From a virus (Duplodnaviria; Caudoviricetes), in IMG/VR virus record IMGVR_UViG_3300025916_000012, positions 853 through 64,852 of that record: a DNA stretch of 64,000 nucleotides; one strand, given 5' to 3'. Under the pieces are notes generated by a model. The model was not told the origin of the DNA. It did not search any database and worked only from the letters and a program-made list of their open reading frames with translations. Within the stretch, counting starts at the first letter, position 1. The number at the start of each line of letters is the position of its first letter. The position numbers were made by a program, and so were the translations under genes. Below, piece by piece: positions 17,150 to 26,222 of this stretch.

Positions 17150-19455
17150 GGTTTCAGCTCCAGTTCTCTCGAGGCCTTGTAGGTCAGATGATGCGCCGAG
17201 CTGTCTGAGGTCGCCAGCTCGAGGATGGCGGTATCTCGAGTGGTAATGCTGATTACCACCGACTCCTCGATGGCGAGCTCGAGCGAGGCTGAGGTTGAGG
17301 CCTCGAGGTGGGGCGGGAGCAGGTCGGGCGAGATGCCCGTGAACACGACCGCCCTGCCCTGCGCGCTCGCCGTGGCCGTGGCCGTCAGGCGTTGAGGCAG
17401 CGAGATCGTGGCCGTGCCCTGGGCCGTAGCTTGAGCGCTCGCGGTGAGGCGCTGGCCCACCACGAGGCTTCCGGTCGCAGAAGACGTGGCCGAAGCGCTC
17501 GGCGTAAGGTTGGCCACAGCGGTGAGCTTGGCTGTACTGGACGACGCAGCTGCGGCAGTGGCGCTGAGCAGACCAGGGGCATTGAGCGCAGCTGAGGCCG
17601 AGCTCGCCGCCTGCGCTTGGGCGAAGATCGCTACGCCCCCGTTGGTGACCAGGGCCGAAGCCTGGGCCGCAGCGGCCCCCTGAGCCGATATGCGGGCCGC
17701 TGCGGTCACGAGAGCCGTTGCCTGGGCCTGGGCCTGGGCAGAGGCTGTGAGGGCCGGAGGAGCCCCCACAGAGCCTGAGGCGGCACTCGTAGCCAGGGCG
17801 GTTGCCGTGAGCAGCTGAGCGACGGTGGGGGTGGCGGAAGCCTGGGCGGTGCTCTGACCCGTGGCGGTGAGCGCGGTGGGAGCAGTCAGCAAAGCTGCGC
17901 CCTGGGCGGTAGCCAGCGCGGTGGCCGTCAGGAACACCACCCCCGGGACGGTCAGAGTCGCCGAGGACTGGGCCGTTGCCTGGCCCGTTGCGGTCAGTAG
18001 GGCCGGAGCAGTGATTGCCCCAGCTGCCTGGCCCGTGGCCTGTGCCGTAGCGGTGAGCTTGGCCGGCGCCGTGACCGCAGACACACCTTGGGCCGTGGCT
18101 TGTGAAGAAGCCGTGAAGGTGGTCTGAGCGCTGACCAGCGCGGAGGACTGGGCGGTGGCGTTGGCTGTAGCCGTGATAAACGCCACGCCAGAGGCGGTGA
18201 CCGTCCCAGAGCTCTGAGCGGTGGCCTGAGCGGTGGCGATGAGCAGCGCGGCGGCGGTCAGCGCAGCACTGGCCTGGGCGGTGGCCTGCCCCGTAGCGGT
18301 GAGGCGTGCGGCAGCGGTTACGAGAGCGGCAGCGCTCGAGGCTGCTTGCCCGGTGGCCGTGAGCAAGGCGCTGGCCGTGACCGCCGCGCTCCCCTGAGCG
18401 GTCGCCTGAGCGCTGGCGGTGAGCAGCGCCGGTGCCGTGACCAGCGCCTGACCCTGGGCGGTAGCTTGAGCGGCGGCGCTACCGACATCGGCGGCTCTGA
18501 CAGCGGTGACGACGCCCGAGGCCGAGGCCGTGGCCTGAGCCGTGGCGACCAGCAGCGCGGGCGCGGTAACCGCAGCGGCTCCCTGGGCGGTAGCCAGCCC
18601 GGTGGCCGTGACCAGTGCGGGTGCGGTGAGCGTCGCCGAGCCGCTGGCCGTGGCGCTGGCCGTGGCGGTGAGCGGCTGGGGAGTGGTCGCAGAGGGAGCG
18701 GCAGTTCCGTAGAACGTGGCTCCGATCAGCACCCACTGGTTCGAGCCGCCGGCGGAGACGCTGAACGGCGAGAACCCGTCGCCAGGCGTGACCCGGTCAT
18801 AGAGCGTCTCTGAGCCCTGGGTCTGCCGGGAAGTCCAGCCGGACGGCGCAGCGGCGGTGATGCCGTTCTCGGAGACGGCCATCACCGCGATGTAGCTCTG
18901 CAGCGTGAGGCGGTTGGCGAGGATCGCTGAGGCGGTGGTGCCGGTGCCGAAGGTCATCAGCGCGGCTTCCAGCGTGTCCACGCCGGCGACCTCGACGGCG
19001 AAGATGCGGTTCGAGGCTCCGGTGCCGACCGTGTAGGTGGCGGTGCAGGTGAAACTCGAGCCACCCGTAGCGGCGACTACGTGGCCCATCCAGACGTTCT
19101 CAGAGGACGACGCCAGGATGCCGTCAAAAGCGCCGTTGGCAAACTTGTCGACTACCCAGCCGGGGTTGCTCTTGCTGTCAGAGAGCGTCGGCGCAAGCGG
19201 CGTGCCGCCCGTGTTGTTCATGTAGCCGCACTGGACGATCAGGTTGCCCGCAGTCACGGGCGAGGCGAAGGCGGCGGTGGTGATACCCGTCTGACCTGAG
19301 CCCGTGACGAAGTTGCCGGTGGCCTGGACGACGACGGGGAGGTTGCCGACCGGTAGACCGGAGCGCAGGGGCACGACCGGGCCGACCCATAGCGGCCACT
19401 TCGGGTTGGGGTTTAGGTGCGGCTGCGCCGGGCCTCTGAGGGGCGGGCCTGGCAT
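17146..19455 (-). CDS. Tail fibre-like protein with about 22 x 20-aa Ala/Thr repeats
   Basis: Repeat consensus LTATAQATAQGSAAVTAPAL; N-terminal beta domain paralogous to 15115 and 20216. Confidence 0.7.
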   Translation of the reverse strand: MPGPPLRGPAQPHLNPNPKWPLWVGPVVPLRSGLPVGNLPVVVQATGNFVTGSGQTGITTAAFASPVTAGNLIVQCGYMNNTGGTPLAPTLSDSKSNPGWVVDKFANGAFDGILASSSENVWMGHVVAATGGSSFTCTATYTVGTGASNRIFAVEVAGVDTLEAALMTFGTGTTASAILANRLTLQSYIAVMAVSENGITAAAPSGWTSRQTQGSETLYDRVTPGDGFSPFSVSAGGSNQWVLIGATFYGTAAPSATTPQPLTATASATASGSATLTAPALVTATGLATAQGAAAVTAPALLVATAQATASASGVVTAVRAADVGSAAAQATAQGQALVTAPALLTASAQATAQGSAAVTASALLTATGQAASSAAALVTAAARLTATGQATAQASAALTAAALLIATAQATAQSSGTVTASGVAFITATANATAQSSALVSAQTTFTASSQATAQGVSAVTAPAKLTATAQATGQAAGAITAPALLTATGQATAQSSATLTVPGVVFLTATALATAQGAALLTAPTALTATGQSTAQASATPTVAQLLTATALATSAASGSVGAPPALTASAQAQAQATALVTAAARISAQGAAAAQASALVTNGGVAIFAQAQAASSASAALNAPGLLSATAAAASSSTAKLTAVANLTPSASATSSATGSLVVGQRLTASAQATAQGTATISLPQRLTATATASAQGRAVVFTGISPDLLPPHLEASTSASLELAIEESVVISITTRDTAILELATSDSSAHHLTYKASRELELKP

Positions 19456-19461
19456 CTGCGG

Positions 19462-20202
19462 CTACATGCTGACCCAGTGGACTTGCTGCGTCACGATCGT
19501 CACGGTCGCCGCGCCCCAGCCCGAGAACTGCATACCACCGGGGACAGCCGCCGTGGCGCCCGTGAAGTCAACGGTGGCGACGGTGCCGCCCAGGATCGTG
19601 TTCAGGGTCGCTCCCGACGCCACCGGAGCGGCAGTGTTGCCGTAGTGGAAGGTGCCCATGAACCAGGCGGTGCCGGCAGTGCCCACCGAACGGACCGTCA
19701 GGTCGCCGTGCAAGAACCAGATCGAAGTCAGCGTTGATCCCAGAGTGGCCGCACCCGAGACGCCGAGCGGCTGGTTGTTGGTCGGCGCAGCGTTGACGGT
19801 GCCGCTGCCGATCGAGGGCAGCAACGTGAGCGTCAGCGACGTGGTCGAGGTCTGCACGGTGCCCGACGCCACGACGTGGAAGGCCGAACCGGACACGGTC
19901 GCGTTGGCGAGAATCGGGGTCCAGATCGTCGAGGTCCAGAGGCACGTACCTGGCGTCGCGGTGGTCAGAGCCGCCGAGGTCTGGGGGTTGACGGGCGGGT
20001 TGGCAGCCAGCGCCGAGTACTGGCCTACGGCGGCGATCGGGTCGCCCTTGCGCGCGAGGCGCCCGTTGATCAGCTTCCACTGGTGGCGGCCCTTCTGCGC
20101 CAGCCACTCGATTTCCTCGTCGCGTAGCGCGAGCTCAGAGCGGGTCAGGGGCTCTGTGTCCCAGATCGTCGCCCCTGAGCTTGAATCGGTTCGCCAGCTC
20201 AT
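19462..20202 (-). CDS. Virion structural protein (Thr/Gly-rich beta domain)
   Basis: Composition and position in the tail module. Confidence 0.55.
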   Translation of the reverse strand: MSWRTDSSSGATIWDTEPLTRSELALRDEEIEWLAQKGRHQWKLINGRLARKGDPIAAVGQYSALAANPPVNPQTSAALTTATPGTCLWTSTIWTPILANATVSGSAFHVVASGTVQTSTTSLTLTLLPSIGSGTVNAAPTNNQPLGVSGAATLGSTLTSIWFLHGDLTVRSVGTAGTAWFMGTFHYGNTAAPVASGATLNTILGGTVATVDFTGATAAVPGGMQFSGWGAATVTIVTQQVHWVSM

Positions 20203-20215
20203 CAGTTCTCCTTGT

Positions 20216-20899
20216 TCAGGCCCCTATCGGCATCCGGCGAGGAACGGCAGGGCGAGCAACAGCGGCACCACCGGTTGTAGTGAGCGCGATCACGAGCGCC
20301 CCGTAACCCCCGGCGGGACTCTGGGTCGCGGTCGCGGTGCTGTTGCCGGCCGCGTTGAGCAGGTAGCCGGCGTCGTCGCCTACCGACGCTCCCATCGCGA
20401 CCCACGCGCCGGTGAAGGCGCCGAAGGTCGCGCCGCAACCGAACATGACCACGAGCAGGCCGTTGGGCTGCGTACCGTTGGCGGTGACCGCCATGCTCGT
20501 CACGCTCGCCACCTGGTTGACGAACGCCAGCGCGCCGTCTTGGGTAACCGGCCCACCGGGCGTCGAGAACTCGCCGCCGAACAGCTCCATGATCGCCGTG
20601 GCGCCGCCGCTCCACACGACCTTTGGAGTGCAGGCCCCGGTGGCGGTGGCAACCCCCCAGGCACTGGCCAGCGAGATGCTCGCTCCACTCGCGATCTGCT
20701 GGCCGGTGCTGTTCCAGCTCGTCACGTTGCTCGAGGTATCGCTGAACGTCGGTGTGCTGGCGCCCGTGGTCAGAAACAACGAGGTCGCCACGACTACGTC
20801 CCCAGCCGTGACATTTGAGGCAAACGCCGTAGACAGGCCGGTCGTGGACAGAACCGACTGCTGCTTGGGCACCAAGTTCTGAACCGAGCCCCAGGGCAT
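20216..20899 (-). CDS. Virion structural protein, paralog of the tail-fibre N-domains
   Basis: TAFASNVTAGDVVV resembles AFSSNVSPNNTLV (15115) and AFASPVTAGNLIV (17146). Confidence 0.6.
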   Translation of the reverse strand: MPWGSVQNLVPKQQSVLSTTGLSTAFASNVTAGDVVVATSLFLTTGASTPTFSDTSSNVTSWNSTGQQIASGASISLASAWGVATATGACTPKVVWSGGATAIMELFGGEFSTPGGPVTQDGALAFVNQVASVTSMAVTANGTQPNGLLVVMFGCGATFGAFTGAWVAMGASVGDDAGYLLNAAGNSTATATQSPAGGYGALVIALTTTGGAAVARPAVPRRMPIGA

Positions 20900-20907
20900 C
20901 GGAGCTC

Positions 20908-21240
20908 CTAGTTGACCAGCTCGACGAGGCCGGCCTCGGTCAACTTGTAGCGGTCGTCTTCTTCGATCACGAGGCCTGCGTCAACGAGCTCGTCGACATA
21001 GCCCTGCATCTCGTCCTCATCGCCTTCGTAGTGACCGGTGTCGTCGAACGCGTACTCATCGCGGGCTACCCAGATTGCGAGCGTCTCGACGGTGTTGCGA
21101 GGCCCAGTGCCGCCGTGCTCCATGTCGGTGATGTAGCCCAGCACCCGGCGCTCGAGCGAGTACGGGTCGAGCACGCGCTCGTAGTCTTCGACCACGTAGG
21201 CGTCAGACCAGGCTTCGCCTTCCTTCTTGGCCTTGGCCAT
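20908..21240 (-). CDS. Acidic protein with a winged-helix-like C-terminus
   Basis: YVDELVDAGLV..YKLTEAG. Confidence 0.5.
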   Translation of the reverse strand: MAKAKKEGEAWSDAYVVEDYERVLDPYSLERRVLGYITDMEHGGTGPRNTVETLAIWVARDEYAFDDTGHYEGDEDEMQGYVDELVDAGLVIEEDDRYKLTEAGLVELVN

Positions 21241-21242
21241 GA

Positions 21243-21887
21243 TCAGACCACGTTGAGGCTGAGCGAAAGAGCGGCGGCAGCGACGGTAGGTGGGGTCTGG
21301 GTGGTCGAGATGACCGTGCTCGTCAGCGGGCCGAACCAGAGCATCGCGCCCGCGCCGGTGGTGGCGTTGTCACACACTGCGAAGCCCAGCAGCGTGGCCG
21401 TACCGGCAGTGCAGGCACCGAACGTGATCGTGGCGTTGTTGGCCGACACCGAAGGCGTGGCCGCTGTGGCTCCGGTCCAGGCCGTACCAGCGATCGTCTG
21501 CCGGCCGTAGCCCGTGTAGCCGGTGGCCTCGGAGATCGTGGCGCCAGTGGCCGTCGAAGCGGGCGCTGCGGTGCACAGGGCCATCGCCACCGTCGTCGGC
21601 ATCGTAAACGCGGTCTTGCCGTTGATGTGGTTGAGCAACGACACCATCGTGGCCTGGCCGATACCCGAGACGGCCTGAGGCACGCCCTCTTCGTTGAGCG
21701 TGCGCTGGATGCGCGGCCATTCCCAACGTTGGGACACCGCGAGCTTGGCGATATCGGTGAGCGTGGAGTTGAAGCGCTCATTCTCGTCGTAGCGCAGCTC
21801 GAGCCAGCGCTTGCCGTGGTCGGTGATGGTGGCTGGACCCAGCTCGAGGTACACGGGCTCGAAGCGCTGAACGTCTAGGTTGGACAC
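21243..21887 (-). CDS. Minor tail/fibre-associated protein
   Basis: ALCTAAP..TGYGRQTI..NNATITFGACT..LWFG pattern common in phage tail proteins. Confidence 0.65.
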   Translation of the reverse strand: MSNLDVQRFEPVYLELGPATITDHGKRWLELRYDENERFNSTLTDIAKLAVSQRWEWPRIQRTLNEEGVPQAVSGIGQATMVSLLNHINGKTAFTMPTTVAMALCTAAPASTATGATISEATGYTGYGRQTIAGTAWTGATAATPSVSANNATITFGACTAGTATLLGFAVCDNATTGAGAMLWFGPLTSTVISTTQTPPTVAAAALSLSLNVV

Positions 21888-22072
21888 GAGATGGCCCTCC
21901 TATGGGGGCGGGTGGCTCTAGATCCTGTCAGCGCCCAGACTACGCGGTTGCATCTGCTACGTCGAGCGGTTACGGTCGTCCCCGAACATAAGAGGGCGAT
22001 AAGAGGGGGCGCGATCGAACAGCTTTCCACGGCCGGAAACCGTTCATTCATCAACCCATTTGGGGGTATTTC

Positions 22073-22744
22073 ATGAGGAAGCACATCAGGGTATTGCTGC
22101 TGCTGACCGTGGCCGCACTGTCCCTATCACTAGTTGCCAGCTCGGTTGCCTCGGCAGCCGGCAAGCGTGGCCCGCGTGGCCCGCGTGGTCTACAGGGACC
22201 TCGAGGTCTCGTCGGTCCGCAAGGGCTTATGGGCCCGATTGGTCCCGCCGGTCCTGCGGGAGCCATCGGTCCTGTCGGTCCCGCTGGACCGAAGGGTGAC
22301 GTTGGTCCGATGGGACCGCAGGGCGTCGCTGGTCCTCCTGGACCGGGTGGCGGCAACAACGCCTCGCAGTTCGTGTTCCGTGGTGACGTCAACACGCCCT
22401 CGACGACCGTGGCGACCTTCGATGGCGTCAAGCTCCTGGCGTCGTGCAACGCGCTCGGGCGCATCAGCCTGAACGCCGTGGCGCTCAACGTCGCTCCGGG
22501 CATTGTGACCGAGCGCAATGGTCTGAACTTCCAGATCATCCCGCGATTTGGCACCGCCAACACCACGGCAGCAATCCTGCTCACGCCGCTCAGCTCGGCC
22601 TCGAGCCGCGCTGACGTGACCGTCCACTATGTGTCGGCCAATGGCGCCAACACCACAATCTCGGCTGCTGCCGTCGACCTCGCCGATGGCCCCAATGGGC
22701 TCGGCCAGGCGTGCATCGTCGAAGGGACGGCAACCTCGTTCTAA
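22073..22744 (+). CDS. Secreted collagen-like (Gly-X-Y) protein
   Basis: Signal peptide, then about 20 Gly-X-Y triplets and a beta-rich C-domain. Confidence 0.8.
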   Translation: MRKHIRVLLLLTVAALSLSLVASSVASAAGKRGPRGPRGLQGPRGLVGPQGLMGPIGPAGPAGAIGPVGPAGPKGDVGPMGPQGVAGPPGPGGGNNASQFVFRGDVNTPSTTVATFDGVKLLASCNALGRISLNAVALNVAPGIVTERNGLNFQIIPRFGTANTTAAILLTPLSSASSRADVTVHYVSANGANTTISAAAVDLADGPNGLGQACIVEGTATSF

Positions 22745-22807
22745 ACGCGGTGGTGCGCAATCACCGCCCGTCGTTCTGATCGCCCCCCTTACAGATCCAG
22801 AACGGCA

Positions 22808-22847
22808 GAGGGCCCCTCGGCAGGACGCCGGGGGGTCCTCAACTTTT
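22808..22847 (+). terminator. Terminator after the plus-strand collagen gene
   Basis: GAGGGCCCCTCGGC / GCCGGGGGGTCCTC stem + AACTTTT. Confidence 0.65.
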
Positions 22848-23187
22848 AGGTCGTGTCGTCGAGCTGCTTGCCGACGAGCCGCAGCAGCCCGTTGATCTGG
22901 CGGGTCAGAGCATTGACCTGCTGAACGACCTGCGCCTGGGTCGGAGGACTCAAAGCCAGGTAGGCCTGGTTGGCGCTGATCGCCTGGGGAATCCGCGTGA
23001 GCAAGACCTCGGAGTTCGTCAGCGTGGTCGGCTTGGACCACGCGCTTCCGTCGTAGACCCAGCCGACCTGGGGCTTGGGGGTCTCATCGCTGATCTCGAT
23101 GAGCCGAGGGTCGATCAGCTCGTCCTCGTGATCACCGATCATCGTCGCCGTCCCGGCCTCGTCGATCAGCGCGTAGGTGTAGGTCAT
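22846..23187 (-). CDS. Tail fibre assembly-like protein
   Basis: PQVGWVYDGSAWSKP motif typical of fibre chaperones. Confidence 0.6.
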   Translation of the reverse strand: MTYTYALIDEAGTATMIGDHEDELIDPRLIEISDETPKPQVGWVYDGSAWSKPTTLTNSEVLLTRIPQAISANQAYLALSPPTQAQVVQQVNALTRQINGLLRLVGKQLDDTT

Positions 23188-23897
23188 GCGACCTGCACCA
23201 CTTGAAACCAGGTGGGGTTACGCCCCTGCACATTGTTCTGCAGCGTCAGGTTGTTGCTGATGTAGGCCGTCATCCGGATGCGCTCACCGCCCGCTGCAGG
23301 AATCTTCACGCTGCACGAGCCGCCACCGGAGGCAATCGAAGTCGGGAAGAGGAAGTTCGCCCACAGCGCATATGAAGTATCGACGTTGACTGCGCCAACG
23401 GCCCCCAGCGAACCCGTCGATGCTGCAAACGCGACTGCCGTCGATACCTGATAGACGCCCGTAACACGGGCGGTGTACTCGCCCAGTCCCGTGACTCGGC
23501 CGTCGTTGTCGTTGAAGACCGACTGACCGCCGCTCGCCAGCGGATTGCCGGTACCGGGGCCATAGGCGACAGCGTTGAGGAGCCCCATCGACGCGAAGTT
23601 GTCGTAGGGCTGCGAGTCGGCCACCACCCGCCAGTAGTTGCCTGCAGCCGGAGTGGTCGTGTAGACGAGCTCGAGCGTGTGCCCGAAATCGACGCCTGTG
23701 GACGCAATGAGGCTTCGGCGGTAGATGGCGTCTCCCCCTCCGGCCACGACCGTGGTCGAAGCACCTTGAATCGCGACCCGCGTCCCATTGGCCGGTGTAG
23801 TCGGGAGCGTAATCGTCACCCCGCCCACCAGGACGACGACGTACTCCCACGCATGCGCCGTGTAGTTGGCCGACGTGCTGACTGGGTTTAGAGGCAA
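23184..23897 (-). CDS. Tail fibre/receptor-binding protein with a C1q/TNF-like C-domain
   Basis: VTITLPTTPANGTRVAI N-domain; YTARVTGVYQVSTAV..GERIRMTAY. Confidence 0.6.
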   Translation of the reverse strand: MPLNPVSTSANYTAHAWEYVVVLVGGVTITLPTTPANGTRVAIQGASTTVVAGGGDAIYRRSLIASTGVDFGHTLELVYTTTPAAGNYWRVVADSQPYDNFASMGLLNAVAYGPGTGNPLASGGQSVFNDNDGRVTGLGEYTARVTGVYQVSTAVAFAASTGSLGAVGAVNVDTSYALWANFLFPTSIASGGGSCSVKIPAAGGERIRMTAYISNNLTLQNNVQGRNPTWFQVVQVA

Positions 23898-23926
23898 CGC
23901 AGATCCCTCGGGCAGTCTAGAACGAC

Positions 23927-23962
23927 CGAGGGCCCCCGACGCACTCCAGGGGCCCTCGTTTT
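23927..23962. terminator. GC-rich hairpin/terminator
   Basis: CGAGGGCCCC / GGGGCCCTCG + TTTT. Confidence 0.55.
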
Positions 23963-23975
23963 ATGAGCTGCTCGC

Positions 23976-24134
23976 TCAGTACCAGGCTCTTCGCCCACCG
24001 ACGGGGTGGCCGGCGTATCCCAGTAGGAGTAGGAGCAAGCCAACGACCAGCACGATCACCCCGATGGTGAACAGAATCGAGAGCTGCGGGACCAGTAGCC
24101 CCAAGATCACGAGCAGCAGTCCGAGGATGATCAT
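23976..24134 (-). CDS. Small membrane protein (DUF6131-like, actinobacterial)
   Basis: 52 aa, not in ORF track: MIILGLLLVILGLLVPQLSILFTIGVIVLVVGLLLLLLGYAGHPVGGRRAWY. Confidence 0.7.
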   Translation of the reverse strand: MIILGLLLVILGLLVPQLSILFTIGVIVLVVGLLLLLLGYAGHPVGGRRAWY

Positions 24135-24257
24135 GGCCCCCTACCTACCCGCTGTGCGAGCTGCGACACTGCGCGCGTGTCCCTGTTCCAGTACATGCCA
24201 GTCAGCCAGGGCCAACTCGCGGCTGCGGTCGCCCAACTCAACAGGAGGATCGACAAG

Positions 24258-24554
24258 ATGGCCACTCAAGCCGACGTTGACGCGCTCACCGCCGAGGTCA
24301 ACCAGATCTCGACCGACCTCAACAGCGTCCAGACCGACCTGGACGACTCGACGACCAAGCTGCAGGCAGAGATTGATTCGCTGGCAGCTGGCAACCCGGG
24401 CCTCGATCTCTCAGCGCTGCAGGCCGCAGTGGAGCCCATCGACGAGGCTGTGGCCAACCTGGGCGACCACGCTAAGGCGTTGGGCGACCTGGCCCCCAGC
24501 CAGCCGGCCACTCCCGACCCCGCTGTGCCTGAGACGGGCGAACCCACCGCGTGA
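24258..24554 (+). CDS. Acidic coiled-coil protein
   Basis: AGGAGG RBS before the ATG at 24258; continuous heptads. Confidence 0.65.
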   Translation: MATQADVDALTAEVNQISTDLNSVQTDLDDSTTKLQAEIDSLAAGNPGLDLSALQAAVEPIDEAVANLGDHAKALGDLAPSQPATPDPAVPETGEPTA

Positions 24555-25192
24555 TCGAGCCGCTCCTGATCCTCGACAGCCACGAGAAGTGGCGCCCGCT
24601 CGAGGTCGAGAGCATTCTGCGGGTCCCTTCGAAGCTCAACGGTCAGCCGTTGAGCAGCCTCGACCAGCTCGTGGGCGACGGGAAGATCGACATGCCTGCC
24701 GATACCGAGTCGCCCACCGAGCCGCTGGTCGGCTATCACCGGGTCGTGTTCGCCGGCGGGCTGTGGTGGCATCAGTTCTGGACCTGGTGGCTCTATAACC
24801 CCAAGAAGTACGCGGGGTTTGGCGAGCACGAAGGCGATTGGGAGATGGTCCAGCTGGGGTGCATCGACGAGGTGGGCGACTTCCCGGTGCTGATGACGTG
24901 CTCGCAGCACTCGGGTGGGGAGAAGCGCGAGTACTGGCGGGTGGAGCTAACCAGCGACCAGCCCACGGTCTACGTCGCTCGAGACAGCCACGCCAACTAC
25001 TTCTCGCGCCACGAGGACGTGACCGACCAGGCCAACGGGGAAGGCGAGCGCCTGGTCCTCGAGTGGCGCGAGTTCGATACGTGGGCCGGGTTCATGGGCA
25101 AGTGGGGCAACTCCGAGAACAGTCCGGGCCCATTGACTACTCGTCGGGCTTGGCAAGCGCCTCACGCTTGGCACGGGCAAGCACGCGGGTAG
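24551..25192 (+). CDS. Vps62-related protein
   Basis: HQFWTWWLYNP..GEHEGDWE..SQHSGG..VYVARDSHANY motifs. Confidence 0.65.
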   Translation: MIEPLLILDSHEKWRPLEVESILRVPSKLNGQPLSSLDQLVGDGKIDMPADTESPTEPLVGYHRVVFAGGLWWHQFWTWWLYNPKKYAGFGEHEGDWEMVQLGCIDEVGDFPVLMTCSQHSGGEKREYWRVELTSDQPTVYVARDSHANYFSRHEDVTDQANGEGERLVLEWREFDTWAGFMGKWGNSENSPGPLTTRRAWQAPHAWHGQARG

Positions 25193-25440
25193 CGTTCGGC
25201 AACCTGTCTCGGCATACCCCTACACGGCTATCGCGCTCTGCCTGTTATGCCGGTGGCTGCTCTCGGAGCCTTCTATGGGCGGACGGTCGGCGCTCAATCA
25301 ACTGCAGCTCGTCCCGAGTTCGTCGCGCTTGCACCTTGCCGATGGAGCCGTTGCCCCAGCCCCAGCATTTCGACGCGAGGCGTTTTCGTCTTGGCAGTTC
25401 GCTAGTGTTTCGTCTCGCTTTCTACCTTGCCGTTGAGAGC

Positions 25441-25779
25441 CTAACCGCCCCCGCCACCCTGGGGGCGGTTTCTTTTCCAGCCCCGTTCGGGCACCCGCTC
25501 CACGAGGCCCCGGTCCTGCAGGGCGTAGAGCGTCGAGACTGTGCTGTTGTACTTCAGACCCGTCTCAGAGGCGATGAGAGCCGCTCTGACGGGATGCGGG
25601 CCCAGGAGGGATAGAACCCTCTGGTGGCGTTCGGAGAGCGGCAGCGTGGCTGCTGTGCGCTCTCGGGGCATGCGCTTGATGCCGGTCCGCTTCTCAGTCT
25701 TGCGGGGGGGCGGAGGCAGTCCGGCCTTCCCACGCCACGTGTGGCGGTGTTTGCCATCGCGGGAATGCCCGGTCTTCAT
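25441..25779 (-). CDS. Winged-helix DNA-binding protein (start 25779 or 25671)
   Basis: RAALIASETGLKYNSTVSTLYALQDRGLVERV. Confidence 0.7.
   Translation of the reverse strand: MKTGHSRDGKHRHTWRGKAGLPPPPRKTEKRTGIKRMPRERTAATLPLSERHQRVLSLLGPHPVRAALIASETGLKYNSTVSTLYALQDRGLVERVPERGWKRNRPQGGGGG
25444..25476 (+). terminator. Terminator for the plus-strand insert
   Basis: AACCGCCCC / GGGGCGGTT + TCTTTT. Confidence 0.7.
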
Positions 25780-25790
25780 GAGACTGCCGA

Positions 25791-25832
25791 AACCTAGCCA
25801 GAATGGGAGGGTTGGTGGATTTTGGCTAGGTT
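25791..25832. repeat. Inverted-repeat element copy 2
   Basis: AACCTAGCCA-N22-TGGCTAGGTT; overlaps the resolvase stop codon. Confidence 0.85.
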
Positions 25833-26222
25833 CTCGCCGACCAATTTTCCAGCCGCCGGCGCCGAAGGCCAGGTCGTCGAGTGGTGCCAATCCCAGTGCC
25901 GGGCGCCCAGCGGTTTGTGCGCCACCCAGCAGCTGGCGCCGATCCCATTGCCCATGGTAAGGAGCTCGTCGCGTGCAGCGGGCCCGAAGTTCTGAAACGG
26001 CCGAGCTGTGCCCTTGACCTGGATGAGAATAATCTCACCTCGAGGAGCGCTCGAGACCATTCCCCGCCCCGGGGGGGACATGCGTTTCGGGTAGATCGCA
26101 CCGGATTTAGCGATCGCAACCAGGTCGGCCGGACCCAAGGACCCGGCCACCCGAATGCAGACCCAGCCGCACAGCTCTAAGAAATCGCGGAGGTTGCGCT
26201 CGCGTTGAATCCCGCGACTCAT
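25794..26222 (-). CDS. Holliday junction resolvase (Hjc-type PD-(D/E)XK)
   Basis: GIQRER..L..GW..IR.AGS.GPADLVA..ILIQVK. Confidence 0.8.
   Translation of the reverse strand: MSRGIQRERNLRDFLELCGWVCIRVAGSLGPADLVAIAKSGAIYPKRMSPPGRGMVSSAPRGEIILIQVKGTARPFQNFGPAARDELLTMGNGIGASCWVAHKPLGARHWDWHHSTTWPSAPAAGKLVGENLAKIHQPSHSG

Noticed and set aside
14735-23897. Diversity-generating retroelement or invertase-driven shufflon
   Set aside because: No reverse transcriptase, no TR/VR pair with adenine-specific mismatches, and no invertase or flanking crossover sites seen
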